Below, piece after piece: positions 17,169 through 25,369 of a stretch of 25,369 bases of DNA. The stretch is from contig JBIIPZ010000039.1 of assembly GCA_044342325.1 (NCBI GenBank), forward strand, positions 1-25,369, in the 5' to 3' direction. The DNA comes from Terrimicrobiaceae bacterium. Lineage in GTDB: Bacteria; Verrucomicrobiota; Verrucomicrobiia; Chthoniobacterales; Terrimicrobiaceae. The notes beneath the pieces are model-generated. The model made no database searches and was not told the DNA's origin. It saw only the letters and a program-made list of their open reading frames with translations. Every line of letters starts with the position of its first letter. The first letter of the stretch is position 1. The translations under genes and the position numbers were made by a program.

Positions 17169-18059
17169 TCAGGCCGCTGGCAATTTCAGGCCGCTGAGTT
17201 TTTCGTAGGCTTCGATGTATTTTTCGGAGGTTCTGCGGACGACATCCTCAGGCAGGCTGGGGGCCGGTGGTGTTTTGTCCCAATCGAGGGTCTCCAGATA
17301 ATCCCGCACGAATTGCTTGTCGTAGCTGGGCGGATTGGTGCCGGGTTTCCATGCGTCCGCGGGCCAGAAGCGGGAGGAGTCGGGTGTGAGGCATTCGTCG
17401 ATGAGGATGAGTTCGCCATCGGCGATGCCGAATTCGAATTTCGTGTCGGCGATGAGCAAACCTGCCTTGGCGGCGTGGGCACAGCCGTGTTCGTAGAGTT
17501 CGATCGTGTGGTGCCGCACTTGGAGGGCGAGTTCGTCGCCGAGGACCGAACGGCATTGGCTCCAGGTGATGTTTTCATCATGCCCGGTGTCGGCTTTGGT
17601 GGCGGGTGTGAAGAGAGTTTCTGGCAGGCGCGAGGACTGCAGGAGGCCAGCGGGAAGGTCGAATCCGCAGGCCTTGCCGGTCGCGGTGTATTCTTTCCAT
17701 GCGGAGCCGGAGATGTAGCCGCGTGCCACGCATTCCACCGGTAGCGGGCTGGCTTTTCGCACGATCATAGACCGGCCGCGCAGTTGCTCTTCGAAGGGTT
17801 GTAAAATCTCCGGATAGGCTTCGAAGCGGGCTGTGATGAAATGGTTCGGCACGAAGTCCAGCACGCCATACCAGAAGAGGGTCATCTGCGTGAGCACCTC
17901 GCCCTTGCGGGGAATGCCGGTGGGCAGGATGCAGTCAAAGGCGGAGATGCGATCCGTGGCGACAACGAGGAGGTTTTCGCCGAGATCAAAAACCTCGCGG
18001 ACCTTGCCGCTGCGTAGTTTTTTGATTCCGGGAAGTTGGCATTCGAGAAGGGTGGGCAT
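17169..18059 (-). CDS. purC: Phosphoribosylaminoimidazolesuccinocarboxamide (SAICAR) synthase (start ATG 18059)
   Basis: SGKVRE, ATDRISAFD, ECVARGYISGS, FTPATKA, IADTKFEFG, DECLTPDSSRFW, SYDKQFVRDYL. Confidence 0.97.
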   Translation of the reverse strand: MPTLLECQLPGIKKLRSGKVREVFDLGENLLVVATDRISAFDCILPTGIPRKGEVLTQMTLFWYGVLDFVPNHFITARFEAYPEILQPFEEQLRGRSMIVRKASPLPVECVARGYISGSAWKEYTATGKACGFDLPAGLLQSSRLPETLFTPATKADTGHDENITWSQCRSVLGDELALQVRHHTIELYEHGCAHAAKAGLLIADTKFEFGIADGELILIDECLTPDSSRFWPADAWKPGTNPPSYDKQFVRDYLETLDWDKTPPAPSLPEDVVRRTSEKYIEAYEKLSGLKLPAA

Positions 18060-18067
18060 GTGCGGGA

Positions 18068-19399
18068 TTAGGGTTCGGGATTGGCTTGGATGAAGTTTCG
18101 GAACCACCTTCCGGCGGGTTCCAGAGTGAGCTTCATATCTTTTTTATTGAAACTGGTGAGGCCAAAATTTGCGGCATAGCCCTCGGCCCACTCGTAGTTG
18201 TCGGTGAGAGTCCAGGGGAAGTAGCCGCGTATGTCCGCGCCGTCCTCCATCGCGCGGCGCATCTGGTTCACATGCTCGCGGAAATAGCGGATTTTTTTCT
18301 GCTCGCTCTGGGTGCCGATGCCATTTTCGGAGATAACGATCGGTTTGCCGTAGCGTTTGGAAACGTTCATGAGGACGGCGTGGAGGCCTTCTGGATCGAT
18401 GAGCCAGCCGTTTTGCGTATAGTTGGAGCTTTGCTCGCCCTTTGGTCGAATGATGAATCGACGGGCGGATGCGACTTGCGAGTAGTAGTAGTTCACGCCG
18501 ATCAAATCCATGGTGTCGGCCACGCGGTCGAGGTGGTCGAAATTCTGGTGCTGCATCATGTTGTAAACAGCTCTGGTCGGATCCTGACCGAATGCGCGCG
18601 TCCAGTTCGGAAGCGAGTAAATGCCCATGACTAGGGCCTTCGGGTTTTGTTTTTTGATGATGCCTGAGGCCTCTCGGAACATCGCCACGGAAACATTTGT
18701 GGCTTTTTTGAGGGAACCTGGCGTGGCGAGGAGTCCGGGCGGCCAATGCCCACCAAAATAGCCGATGTAGAGCGCGCCATTCGGCTCGTTCTGCGGCACC
18801 CACACATTCACAGAAGGCGAGAGCGCCGTGACTATGCGAGTCACATATTCCTTCCAGCGGGACTCCACATCGGGATGGAGAAAGCCGGATTGGGATTTTT
18901 TCTTCGAGTCGTAAAGCCAATCGGGGAAGGTGAAATGCCAGAGGGTGACTACTGGCTCGATGCCTGCGGCCTTGAGTTTGCGGGCCATGGCAGCGTATTG
19001 GCGGATGGCGGCCTCGTTGAAGACTCCCGGTTGCGGCTCCACACGACCCCACTCGATGCCGAAGCGGTAGTGGTTCACGCCGAGCTTTTGCAGGGCGGCG
19101 AGGTCTTTGTCGAACCGAGTCCAGGAGAAGGTTGCCTCCTCACCACGAAGTGGAATGTTGCCCTCCTCGGCGAAGATGTCCCAGTCTGTCTTGAAATAGA
19201 AAGGCGAGTCCGGTGACAGCCCACGATCCTCGTTTTGGAAGCTTGCTGTCGAGGTCCCCCACCAGAAGGCACCGGTCTTGACGGAGGGCGAACTGGCGGT
19301 GGCGGCAGGTTTTTTGTAGGGCTTCGGGGGCATCACACAACCCGCGAGCGCCAGGCACGGGAGGAGCGCGAACAGGGCGCGAATCGTATTGAGTGTCAT
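18068..19399 (-). CDS. Glycoside hydrolase family 1 protein with lipoprotein signal (probable start ATG 19399)
   Basis: FWWGTSTASFQ, YRFGIEWGRVEP, VTLWHF, QNEP (acid/base), GVNYY, ISENG (nucleophile), DNYEWAEGY and a LAGC lipobox. Confidence 0.92.
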   Translation of the reverse strand: MTLNTIRALFALLPCLALAGCVMPPKPYKKPAATASSPSVKTGAFWWGTSTASFQNEDRGLSPDSPFYFKTDWDIFAEEGNIPLRGEEATFSWTRFDKDLAALQKLGVNHYRFGIEWGRVEPQPGVFNEAAIRQYAAMARKLKAAGIEPVVTLWHFTFPDWLYDSKKKSQSGFLHPDVESRWKEYVTRIVTALSPSVNVWVPQNEPNGALYIGYFGGHWPPGLLATPGSLKKATNVSVAMFREASGIIKKQNPKALVMGIYSLPNWTRAFGQDPTRAVYNMMQHQNFDHLDRVADTMDLIGVNYYYSQVASARRFIIRPKGEQSSNYTQNGWLIDPEGLHAVLMNVSKRYGKPIVISENGIGTQSEQKKIRYFREHVNQMRRAMEDGADIRGYFPWTLTDNYEWAEGYAANFGLTSFNKKDMKLTLEPAGRWFRNFIQANPEP

Positions 19400-19424
19400 T
19401 GGCGCAGGCTTATAGTTTGCGACC

Positions 19425-20342
19425 ATGTTGTCATCAACTTTGAAATGGAGTGCAGTTTTCCTTCTTTCCATTGCGCCGGTCTTTTTGCATGGGCAGAACG
19501 AAGGCTATGCGCAGCCGGATTCCGTTCTTCTCAAGGATGGCTCAACCCAAAGCGGAGTGATTGTGAAGAACACGGCTGAGGCGGTTTTTCTGCAGCAGCG
19601 CTATCGGATTTCTGAATTTCCCAAATCTCAGATCGTCCGCATTTTCGACGGGGTCGATGTGGGTATGGAGTTCACCGAGGTCGATAAAAAGGGCGACCTG
19701 CCTTCGTGGCGCGTCATGGTTAATGACATCCGCAATAACGATGCGATCAAGAGCCTCGCGCAAATTCCGGCGACACTCATCGACAACGGCTACCTGAAAA
19801 ATGTTCCCTACCTCTCGTTTCGCATCAACGACTTCATCGAAATGAATGTTTACGGGGATCCGGATGAGCCCGCCGCCATTGAGTTTGGAGTCTATGGGAA
19901 ACTTTCTTCGAGTGATGAACTTCGCCGCACACTTCGCAGTTTTATGGCGGGATTTTTGTCTTCGAGGCAGGAGGTCGCCGCCATTTATTCCATCCCTTTC
20001 AGCGGGGGTGAAAAAAGTGCAGGTCACTTCCGCATCCGCATCACGCCTGCCTCTGCGCCCGATGCTTACCGCGCTTGGTGGATTTGTTTGTATAATCCCA
20101 AGACTCTCGAGTCTGCCCGTGTCGGTGATGCGGCATACGCCAAGGTCACGATGCCTCCCGAGCAGGTTGTCGGCAGCTCGGGTAAGGTGAAGGCCGGTGT
20201 CTGGAACGATGAGTTTTCGAAGCGATCCCTTCGCGCCCATGATGGAGGTGACAGTGCCTCGCATTTTACTCTGGGATTTTTGCGTGAACCTGGCGGATGG
20301 CTCCGCATCTTTGCCCCGGGTGGCGAAAAAAAACCGCAGTAA
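19425..20342 (+). CDS. Exported hypothetical protein
   Basis: 305-aa ORF with a signal-peptide-like N-terminus followed by DSVLLKDGSTQSGVI. Codon usage is gene-like. Confidence 0.75.
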   Translation: MLSSTLKWSAVFLLSIAPVFLHGQNEGYAQPDSVLLKDGSTQSGVIVKNTAEAVFLQQRYRISEFPKSQIVRIFDGVDVGMEFTEVDKKGDLPSWRVMVNDIRNNDAIKSLAQIPATLIDNGYLKNVPYLSFRINDFIEMNVYGDPDEPAAIEFGVYGKLSSSDELRRTLRSFMAGFLSSRQEVAAIYSIPFSGGEKSAGHFRIRITPASAPDAYRAWWICLYNPKTLESARVGDAAYAKVTMPPEQVVGSSGKVKAGVWNDEFSKRSLRAHDGGDSASHFTLGFLREPGGWLRIFAPGGEKKPQ

Positions 20343-20390
20343 AAAATCTGGAGTTTCCTCCAATTGCAGGCTATTGCTGGCCGCACTCGT

Positions 20391-21008
20391 ATGCCTGCTG
20401 ATTACTCCTCAAAAGATCAAAGCCCGTATTTGAATTTAACCAGCGACGAGGATGGCGAGCTCGGCGACAAAGTGCAGCAGGTCAGGGCCGAACTCGAAAG
20501 CCTCAAGCAGAAACAGGAGGAGATCGAACGCGAGAAAGCCCGCTTGGAGGAACTTAAGAGACGTCAAGACAGCTTGGAGCAAGGCCGCTCCGACATGCTC
20601 GACAAGCTCACCCGCGCGCTGGTCGTCGTTCAGCGCGAGACCGAGGAGTCGCAAAAGCGCGTTGAGCAGATGCACTCCATTTACGCTTCTTTCAGTCAGC
20701 ACCTCCGCCAACTGGAGGACATCAATGCCCGCGCATGGAATCCGCAGGATTTGCCGCGCGAGTTGAGTAAGGCCCTCAGCTCCGTCGAGGATGCCCGTGC
20801 GGAATACATCAAGTCCCAAGCCAAGCTCGCGGTTGATACCTCATCCGAGATCACTCCCTCGTCCATGATGGAAGGCGATTATCCGGTCGAGGAGGAGCGA
20901 TCCTTTAGCTACTGGTTGCGTAGCGGATTTGCTTTCACGCTCCCGATCCAAGTCATCGCGGTTGTTTTCCTTCTCCTTTACATCTGGTCTGCCACCTCCG
21001 CGAAGTAA
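20391..21008 (+). CDS. Hypothetical coiled-coil protein with C-terminal membrane anchor (start ATG 20391)
   Basis: Long E/K/Q/R heptad region and terminal hydrophobic segment GFAFTLPIQVIAVVFLLLYIW. Confidence 0.8.
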   Translation: MPADYSSKDQSPYLNLTSDEDGELGDKVQQVRAELESLKQKQEEIEREKARLEELKRRQDSLEQGRSDMLDKLTRALVVVQRETEESQKRVEQMHSIYASFSQHLRQLEDINARAWNPQDLPRELSKALSSVEDARAEYIKSQAKLAVDTSSEITPSSMMEGDYPVEEERSFSYWLRSGFAFTLPIQVIAVVFLLLYIWSATSAK

Positions 21009-21011
21009 GCC

Positions 21012-21371
21012 ATGCCACTTAGAAAGCCCAGCGTTTCAACAAAACTCACAGCTGAGGAGCAACGCCTCTCGAAAGAACAGCAGGCCACGCTGCGCCGTAT
21101 GGAGGAGTTGGAAAAGGAACTGAAAGCCTATCCCAAGCAGATCGAGGAAAAGAAGGCCCGCAACCGGGAGCGTATCAAAATGCAAGCCGAGATGGCTGCA
21201 CCAGCCCTCTCCTTCGGTGGGGCCCGCTTGGCGCGAGGAAACTATCAACCGGCTCGCAAGCTCAAGAAACTTCCCGCCCGCGAATTTAACAGCGCCCGCA
21301 TCAAGTTTCTCGGTCTTTGCCTCATTCTCGCCACGATCATTTTCATGCTCTGGCGCTCGATTCCGTCTTAA
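21012..21371 (+). CDS. Small basic coiled-coil protein with C-terminal membrane anchor
   Basis: EEQRLSKEQQATLRRMEELEKELK and terminal FLGLCLILATIIFMLW. Starts 3 bp after the previous stop. Confidence 0.75.
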   Translation: MPLRKPSVSTKLTAEEQRLSKEQQATLRRMEELEKELKAYPKQIEEKKARNRERIKMQAEMAAPALSFGGARLARGNYQPARKLKKLPAREFNSARIKFLGLCLILATIIFMLWRSIPS

Positions 21372-21376
21372 TCGGG

Positions 21377-22993
21377 CTATTTGCTTTCGTTGGCCCTCTG
21401 GAGAACCGGAGTCGATCCTCGAAAATAAATCCACTCCGCGCCGAGTTCGGCTGCGGTATCCAGCCAATCACTTTCCCGGCGCAGCACAGAGCGGAGTTTA
21501 GCAAGGGGCTCCTGATAGCGCAGCCCATGGCTCCAAAGATGGCCATCATAGCCGCACACCACGGGATACCCTAGGAGGATCACTGGGTGGTTGAACTGGG
21601 GTTCCACCGCGATGCGCGTTCCCGGGGGCACATCACGCAAAGCCATGCGCGCACTGGCGAGTTCCGATCTCTTGGCCAATTCATATCCGTGTCTTCCATC
21701 AAGGCCCGCCACCAGCGAGATGGCGCCTGAGAAAAAAAGTGCCACGCAGACTGAGAACCTGACCATGGGTGCCAGGGGCTCAATGACACGCGACCAGAGG
21801 AAGGGAGCAGCAACCAGCCAAGCCCAGATCAGGAGCTTTGTGTTGTCCCACTCCCAAGGGGCAAAGGCTATGAGGAAGCACAGGATGAAAACCCCGATCG
21901 CCACCGAGCAGAAGGCGCGGGATTCCGCACTCCCTCGCAGAACGCCCTTCCAGACGAGCCAGATCAAAAGTGGAAGACTGATCCCGAAATTCATGACCCA
22001 GAATTTCCATCCGCCGTCAGCCTGCATCCATCCTGGCAACCAGCGCATGCCGGATGCCGCCGAGAAACCGCCAGTGACAAACCAGACCGCTGCCGTCGCC
22101 GGAACGAGAGCCAGAGCCACAAAGACAAGCAAAGCCAGGCGTGATTTGCGTGCGAAAAGAAAAATCGTCGCCAGCGCAAGGCTCAGGAACAGGAACGCAT
22201 GGACGCTGAAGAAAGGCATCGTCGCGTAGAGGAAAAACTGGACGCTGCGGGGCAGTCCCGAGCCCTCACGAAAAAAGTCATCCCTCCAAGCGTGGAGAAG
22301 AAGGAGTCCGCAGGGCAGGGCGTAAAGGAGTCCGCGTTGCGTCACGAGCATCGTGAGGAAAAAGTTTTTCCAAGCGAGGTCGGACTGGAAGTCCTGGAGT
22401 TGTCCGGTGTGAAGAATCGCAAAGCCAGCGAGGCCTCCGTTGAAAAGAAACGCCGCGATGGCAAATGCACCGCCCCAGCGCCAAAGCGCCCAAGCCGTGA
22501 GTCCCGCGCCAGCAAGGCCGGTCCAGATCAGCCCTCGCTCCACGGGGATGCCAACGAGGAGAAGCAGGCTGTTCCACAAATCCGCGCCCAGCGGGTAGCT
22601 CAAGGGAACACCGGTGAGAATCGGGCTCGCCGGCCAGAAATCCACGCCGCCCGCGAAGTAGCGGATGAATTGAATGTGAAGCGAAATGTCACCGAGGTTG
22701 TAGGGCGAGAGAATCCGCCACTCGTCACCGACTGGATAAATCAACCACAGGAAAGCCCTCAGCGACGCGATGGTGAAAATCACCAGCATCAAAACATCCC
22801 ATGCGCCGGGATGGCATCGCGTGTTCGAGCGGGTTTGACAGAAAGCCCAGACTCCTCCGGCCAAGCCTGTCGTCAATGCGACCACTGCCATGTTGAAATT
22901 TAAGCCGCCAAATGCAAACCCGAGACAAATAGCAGTGATCACACTTGCTCCAGTGGCGGTGAGCATTCCCGCAGCCAGCCTGTCACCGCTCAC
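21377..22993 (-). CDS. Polytopic membrane protein, GT-C glycosyltransferase-like (GTG 22993 or ATG 22966)
   Basis: Many TM helices, loop NLGDISLH…FWPASP…LSYP..D, WEWDNTK and a soluble C-terminal domain. GTGA overlap with the upstream stop. Confidence 0.75.
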   Translation of the reverse strand: MSGDRLAAGMLTATGASVITAICLGFAFGGLNFNMAVVALTTGLAGGVWAFCQTRSNTRCHPGAWDVLMLVIFTIASLRAFLWLIYPVGDEWRILSPYNLGDISLHIQFIRYFAGGVDFWPASPILTGVPLSYPLGADLWNSLLLLVGIPVERGLIWTGLAGAGLTAWALWRWGGAFAIAAFLFNGGLAGFAILHTGQLQDFQSDLAWKNFFLTMLVTQRGLLYALPCGLLLLHAWRDDFFREGSGLPRSVQFFLYATMPFFSVHAFLFLSLALATIFLFARKSRLALLVFVALALVPATAAVWFVTGGFSAASGMRWLPGWMQADGGWKFWVMNFGISLPLLIWLVWKGVLRGSAESRAFCSVAIGVFILCFLIAFAPWEWDNTKLLIWAWLVAAPFLWSRVIEPLAPMVRFSVCVALFFSGAISLVAGLDGRHGYELAKRSELASARMALRDVPPGTRIAVEPQFNHPVILLGYPVVCGYDGHLWSHGLRYQEPLAKLRSVLRRESDWLDTAAELGAEWIYFRGSTPVLQRANESK

Positions 22994-24528
22994 GGAGTGG
23001 CTCCGGTTGATGCCTTGATCTCGGGCTCTCCACCGAGAAGGTCTGAGAATTTCCGCGCTGAAAGATAGGCCACGCATTCCTCCTGCCCGCTGCGAAGTCG
23101 AAACGGGAATTTGTAGTAGGAATCCCTAAAGTTTTCCTCCGCCTGCGAAGCATTGGCGGCCTCGACAACGACAAAGTCCGCATCCCATCGCGCCGGCGGG
23201 GAATCTTTTTTGAAATACCCGACGCGGGTAAAGTCTCCAAAAATCCAGGGGAGGGGATAGTAGCTGTCGAGCATGATGATCCCCTCGAGTTGAAAACCAT
23301 CCGGCTCGCTTCTCGCCAAGGCCAGGACGGGTTCGGTGAGGCGCTCGATATCCTTGTAGGTTTGGACATAGACATACGGCTCGCTGTCATCGGTGAAGCG
23401 GAAAAAATTTAGCTGGATCGTCATGTAGACCGATGCGGCAAGCAAAGGCGCGGCAACCAGCCACACGCGGTCTCTCGCCACCCGCCCCGCCCACTCGCGC
23501 ACCACACCGCCGAGTGTCAAATAGAACGGCCAAAGAATCGAAATTACACACCACGGGGTTTTGTAGGGGATGATCGAATAGGCCAGTAGCGTTCCGCCCG
23601 CCATGATGGCCGTATAGCGGTAGCGCCCATCCGAGGGGAAAATATATCGCAGACAGGCGAGCAGTCCGGCCAGTGCGGGCCATTCGTAGCGGGCCATGAG
23701 ATAGACCCAATACCAATTCAGCGGCCCGGCCAGATCGTAGGCGCTCTTTTCATGGCCGCCAGATTCCACGCCGGTCGAGACCCATGCGTGGAAGGTTTCA
23801 TAGAGCCCGCTCAACGAACGGAAGTCCCGGAATGTGCCCGAATAGAAAAAAACAATCACCAGCGCTGCAACCCCGCCGGCGAGAACCGCATCGTCGCGTG
23901 TCCACTGCTGGCGCGCCACAGGCCACACCGGGCGCGATGGCACGATCATTTGATAAATCCAAAGACACAGCGCGGCGATCGCCATGCAGCCGATGTGCAG
24001 CACATAGGTTTCCTTCGTCAGAATCATCCCCGCAACTCCTGTCGCCACGGTGAACAGATGCCGCCGCGTGCCCGTTTGCCAGAGGCCCAACACGCCGTGG
24101 AGGAGCAGGATTGAAAAAAGAACCTGCCACGACTCGTGAATCGAATACCTCCCATAGAAAATAAAAGCCGGCGAGACGGCCATCGCCAGGGCTGCAAGGC
24201 GCGACACCCCCAGACCAAAAAAGTCGCGGAAACGCAGCATCGCCCACACGGCCAGAATGCTCGCAATGATTGCCGGTAGACGCAGCGCCCAGACTTCCCG
24301 GCCGAAGAGGGTTTGCGAAAGAAACACGGCGTAAAAATGCAGCGGACCGTGATAGTTCGTCGGATCGTAGCTATAGTAGCCGTTCGTCGTCATCTGATCC
24401 GCAAACCATCCATTGATGCCTTCATCAAAATGCGGCGGCTTGATTTCAATCAGCCAGCAGCGGAGGAAAATCGCCACGACAAGAATAGCGATTTCAGGCA
24501 AATGGGCTTTGAGGGAGCGTGCGGACAT
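22990..24528 (-). CDS. TIGR03663/Agl23-like PMT-type (GT-C) membrane glycosyltransferase (probable start ATG 24528)
   Basis: KPPHFDEG…YSYDPTNYHGP, YGRY, TKE, YKTPW, PYVYVQT, YYPLPW. The DE motif lies in the first external loop. Confidence 0.85.
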   Translation of the reverse strand: MSARSLKAHLPEIAILVVAIFLRCWLIEIKPPHFDEGINGWFADQMTTNGYYSYDPTNYHGPLHFYAVFLSQTLFGREVWALRLPAIIASILAVWAMLRFRDFFGLGVSRLAALAMAVSPAFIFYGRYSIHESWQVLFSILLLHGVLGLWQTGTRRHLFTVATGVAGMILTKETYVLHIGCMAIAALCLWIYQMIVPSRPVWPVARQQWTRDDAVLAGGVAALVIVFFYSGTFRDFRSLSGLYETFHAWVSTGVESGGHEKSAYDLAGPLNWYWVYLMARYEWPALAGLLACLRYIFPSDGRYRYTAIMAGGTLLAYSIIPYKTPWCVISILWPFYLTLGGVVREWAGRVARDRVWLVAAPLLAASVYMTIQLNFFRFTDDSEPYVYVQTYKDIERLTEPVLALARSEPDGFQLEGIIMLDSYYPLPWIFGDFTRVGYFKKDSPPARWDADFVVVEAANASQAEENFRDSYYKFPFRLRSGQEECVAYLSARKFSDLLGGEPEIKASTGATP

Positions 24529-24634
24529 CCGAATGGCATAACTCCGGCGCTGCCGCCGTATCAAGCCCCGTGCGCCAGGCTGATATTCTTTCTTGAAAAG
24601 CAACCGCCGGCGAATCAGATTATGGTCTTCAAAT

Positions 24635-24708
24635 CGGGCCGTGGCTCAGCTTGGTAGAGCGCTTGAATGGGGTTCAAGAGGTCGAGAGTTCAAATCTCTC
24701 CGGCCCGA
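24635..24708 (+). tRNA. tRNA-Pro(GGG), CCA not encoded
   Basis: Acceptor CGGGCCG/CGGCCCG plus A73, D-arm GCTC/GAGC, anticodon arm CTTGA-ATGGGGT-TCAAG, T-arm GAGAG-TTCAAAT-CTCTC. Confidence 0.97.
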
Positions 24709-24951
24709 TTTTTTTTTGGAAAAGTCTATCAAGCCACGAAAAACGCCCCGGCTCCTCCAGAAAATAACTTTTAGCCCCCGCTTTGTCTCCAAGCCGCCCT
24801 GAGAGCATTCTTCCATGCAGGCGACACAAGAGGGCCAATCAAATTATATCTCAAAAATCCTATTGATTCGAGAGGCCGCTTGGTCGATAGAATCCGCATA
24901 TAAAGTTTGGCGGCCGGAAGGTTCAAGCTCCCGGCCGCCGTTACTAACACT

Positions 24952-24987
24952 GGGCCGTCAACCGCAAGGAAGACGGCCCTCTCTTTT
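24952..24987. terminator. Terminator-like hairpin
   Basis: GGGCCGTC-AA-CCGCAAGG-AA-GACGGCCC followed by TCTCTTTT on +. It lies directly 3' of the minus-strand ORF stop. Confidence 0.55.
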
Positions 24988-25369
24988 ACTGCGCCTCGGG
25001 ATCCGCAGAATCTTTAGCCGTCTTTCGTTGGCCTTGATTCTTGAATCTCTTGGCGAGTTTGTTGTGGCTTTCGACAATGCCTGACACTTTCTTACGCTTG
25101 CTGAGCAAGTAGGCGGTGCTGGCGATTTCGTAGGCCTCCGATTTGGCCACCATGGCTGTGTGAGCCAGCTTCTCCAAGAGCCCGTTCAGGACAGCAGTCA
25201 CCACATCGAGGTTTCGGATCAGTTGGAGCTTTTCCTTCACCTCGTCGGGGTTCATGTTGGCCGTGAGCAAGTCGAGGTTGCGACTGGCGAGTTCCAAGCC
25301 ATCCGTGACGAATGAGGCCGATGCAGGACCGGCTTTCGACAAGCGGCTGACTTCCGATAGGCTGAGAGT
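24986..25369 (-). CDS. Hypothetical alpha-helical protein, 5'-partial (frame open to the window end)
   Basis: LSKAGPASASFV…LLEKLAHTAMVAKSEAY…LAKRF resembles a widespread uncharacterised family pattern (K-G…FV…LDDT…GSEAY…L..RF), recalled from memory. Confidence 0.75.
   Translation of the reverse strand, partial: TLSLSEVSRLSKAGPASASFVTDGLELASRNLDLLTANMNPDEVKEKLQLIRNLDVVTAVLNGLLEKLAHTAMVAKSEAYEIASTAYLLSKRKKVSGIVESHNKLAKRFKNQGQRKTAKDSADPEAQ

Noticed and set aside
16590..17744. 384-aa + strand ORF
   Set aside because: Antisense shadow of purC and the DUF4126-like gene, typical of high-GC DNA, with no recognisable motifs.
18144..20363. Long overlapping ORFs (302 aa at 18144-19052 and 273 aa at 19542-20363)
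   Set aside because: Alternative-frame or antisense shadows of the GH1 gene and the exported hypothetical gene.
24909..24939. tRNA fragment or att site
   Set aside because: Only a T-loop-like hexamer. It does not match the adjacent tRNA-Pro 3' end and forms no cloverleaf.

Overview
GC-rich bacterial chromosomal window. The gene content (N-extended L35, Amuc_1098-like secretin fragment, LacI type, TIGR03663-like gene) suggests Verrucomicrobiota, which is an inference. Order: a ketosynthase/chain-length-factor-like pair, a cation:proton antiporter, rpmI-rplT-pheS-pheT followed by a probable 6S RNA, araBAD with a divergent LacI regulator, a Lys-rich ORF abutting a 5'-clipped orphan LytTR regulator, a small exported secretin-like fragment, a redoxin, DUF4126-like protein, purC, a lipoprotein GH1, three hypothetical genes, two GT-C-like membrane proteins, tRNA-Pro(GGG) and a partial hypothetical gene. 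The coding content is mostly housekeeping. The more notable signals are non-coding: a structured RNA with a hairpin-split Shine-Dalgarno before rplT, a dispersed hairpin element with compensatory changes between copies, a 138-bp MITE-like element (TIRs, TTA duplication) carrying a GTAG-REP pair, a nested repeat mosaic before pheS, and a candidate sRNA after the tRNA. No CRISPR, prophage, transposase or defence system was seen, and no complete new multi-gene system is demonstrated.
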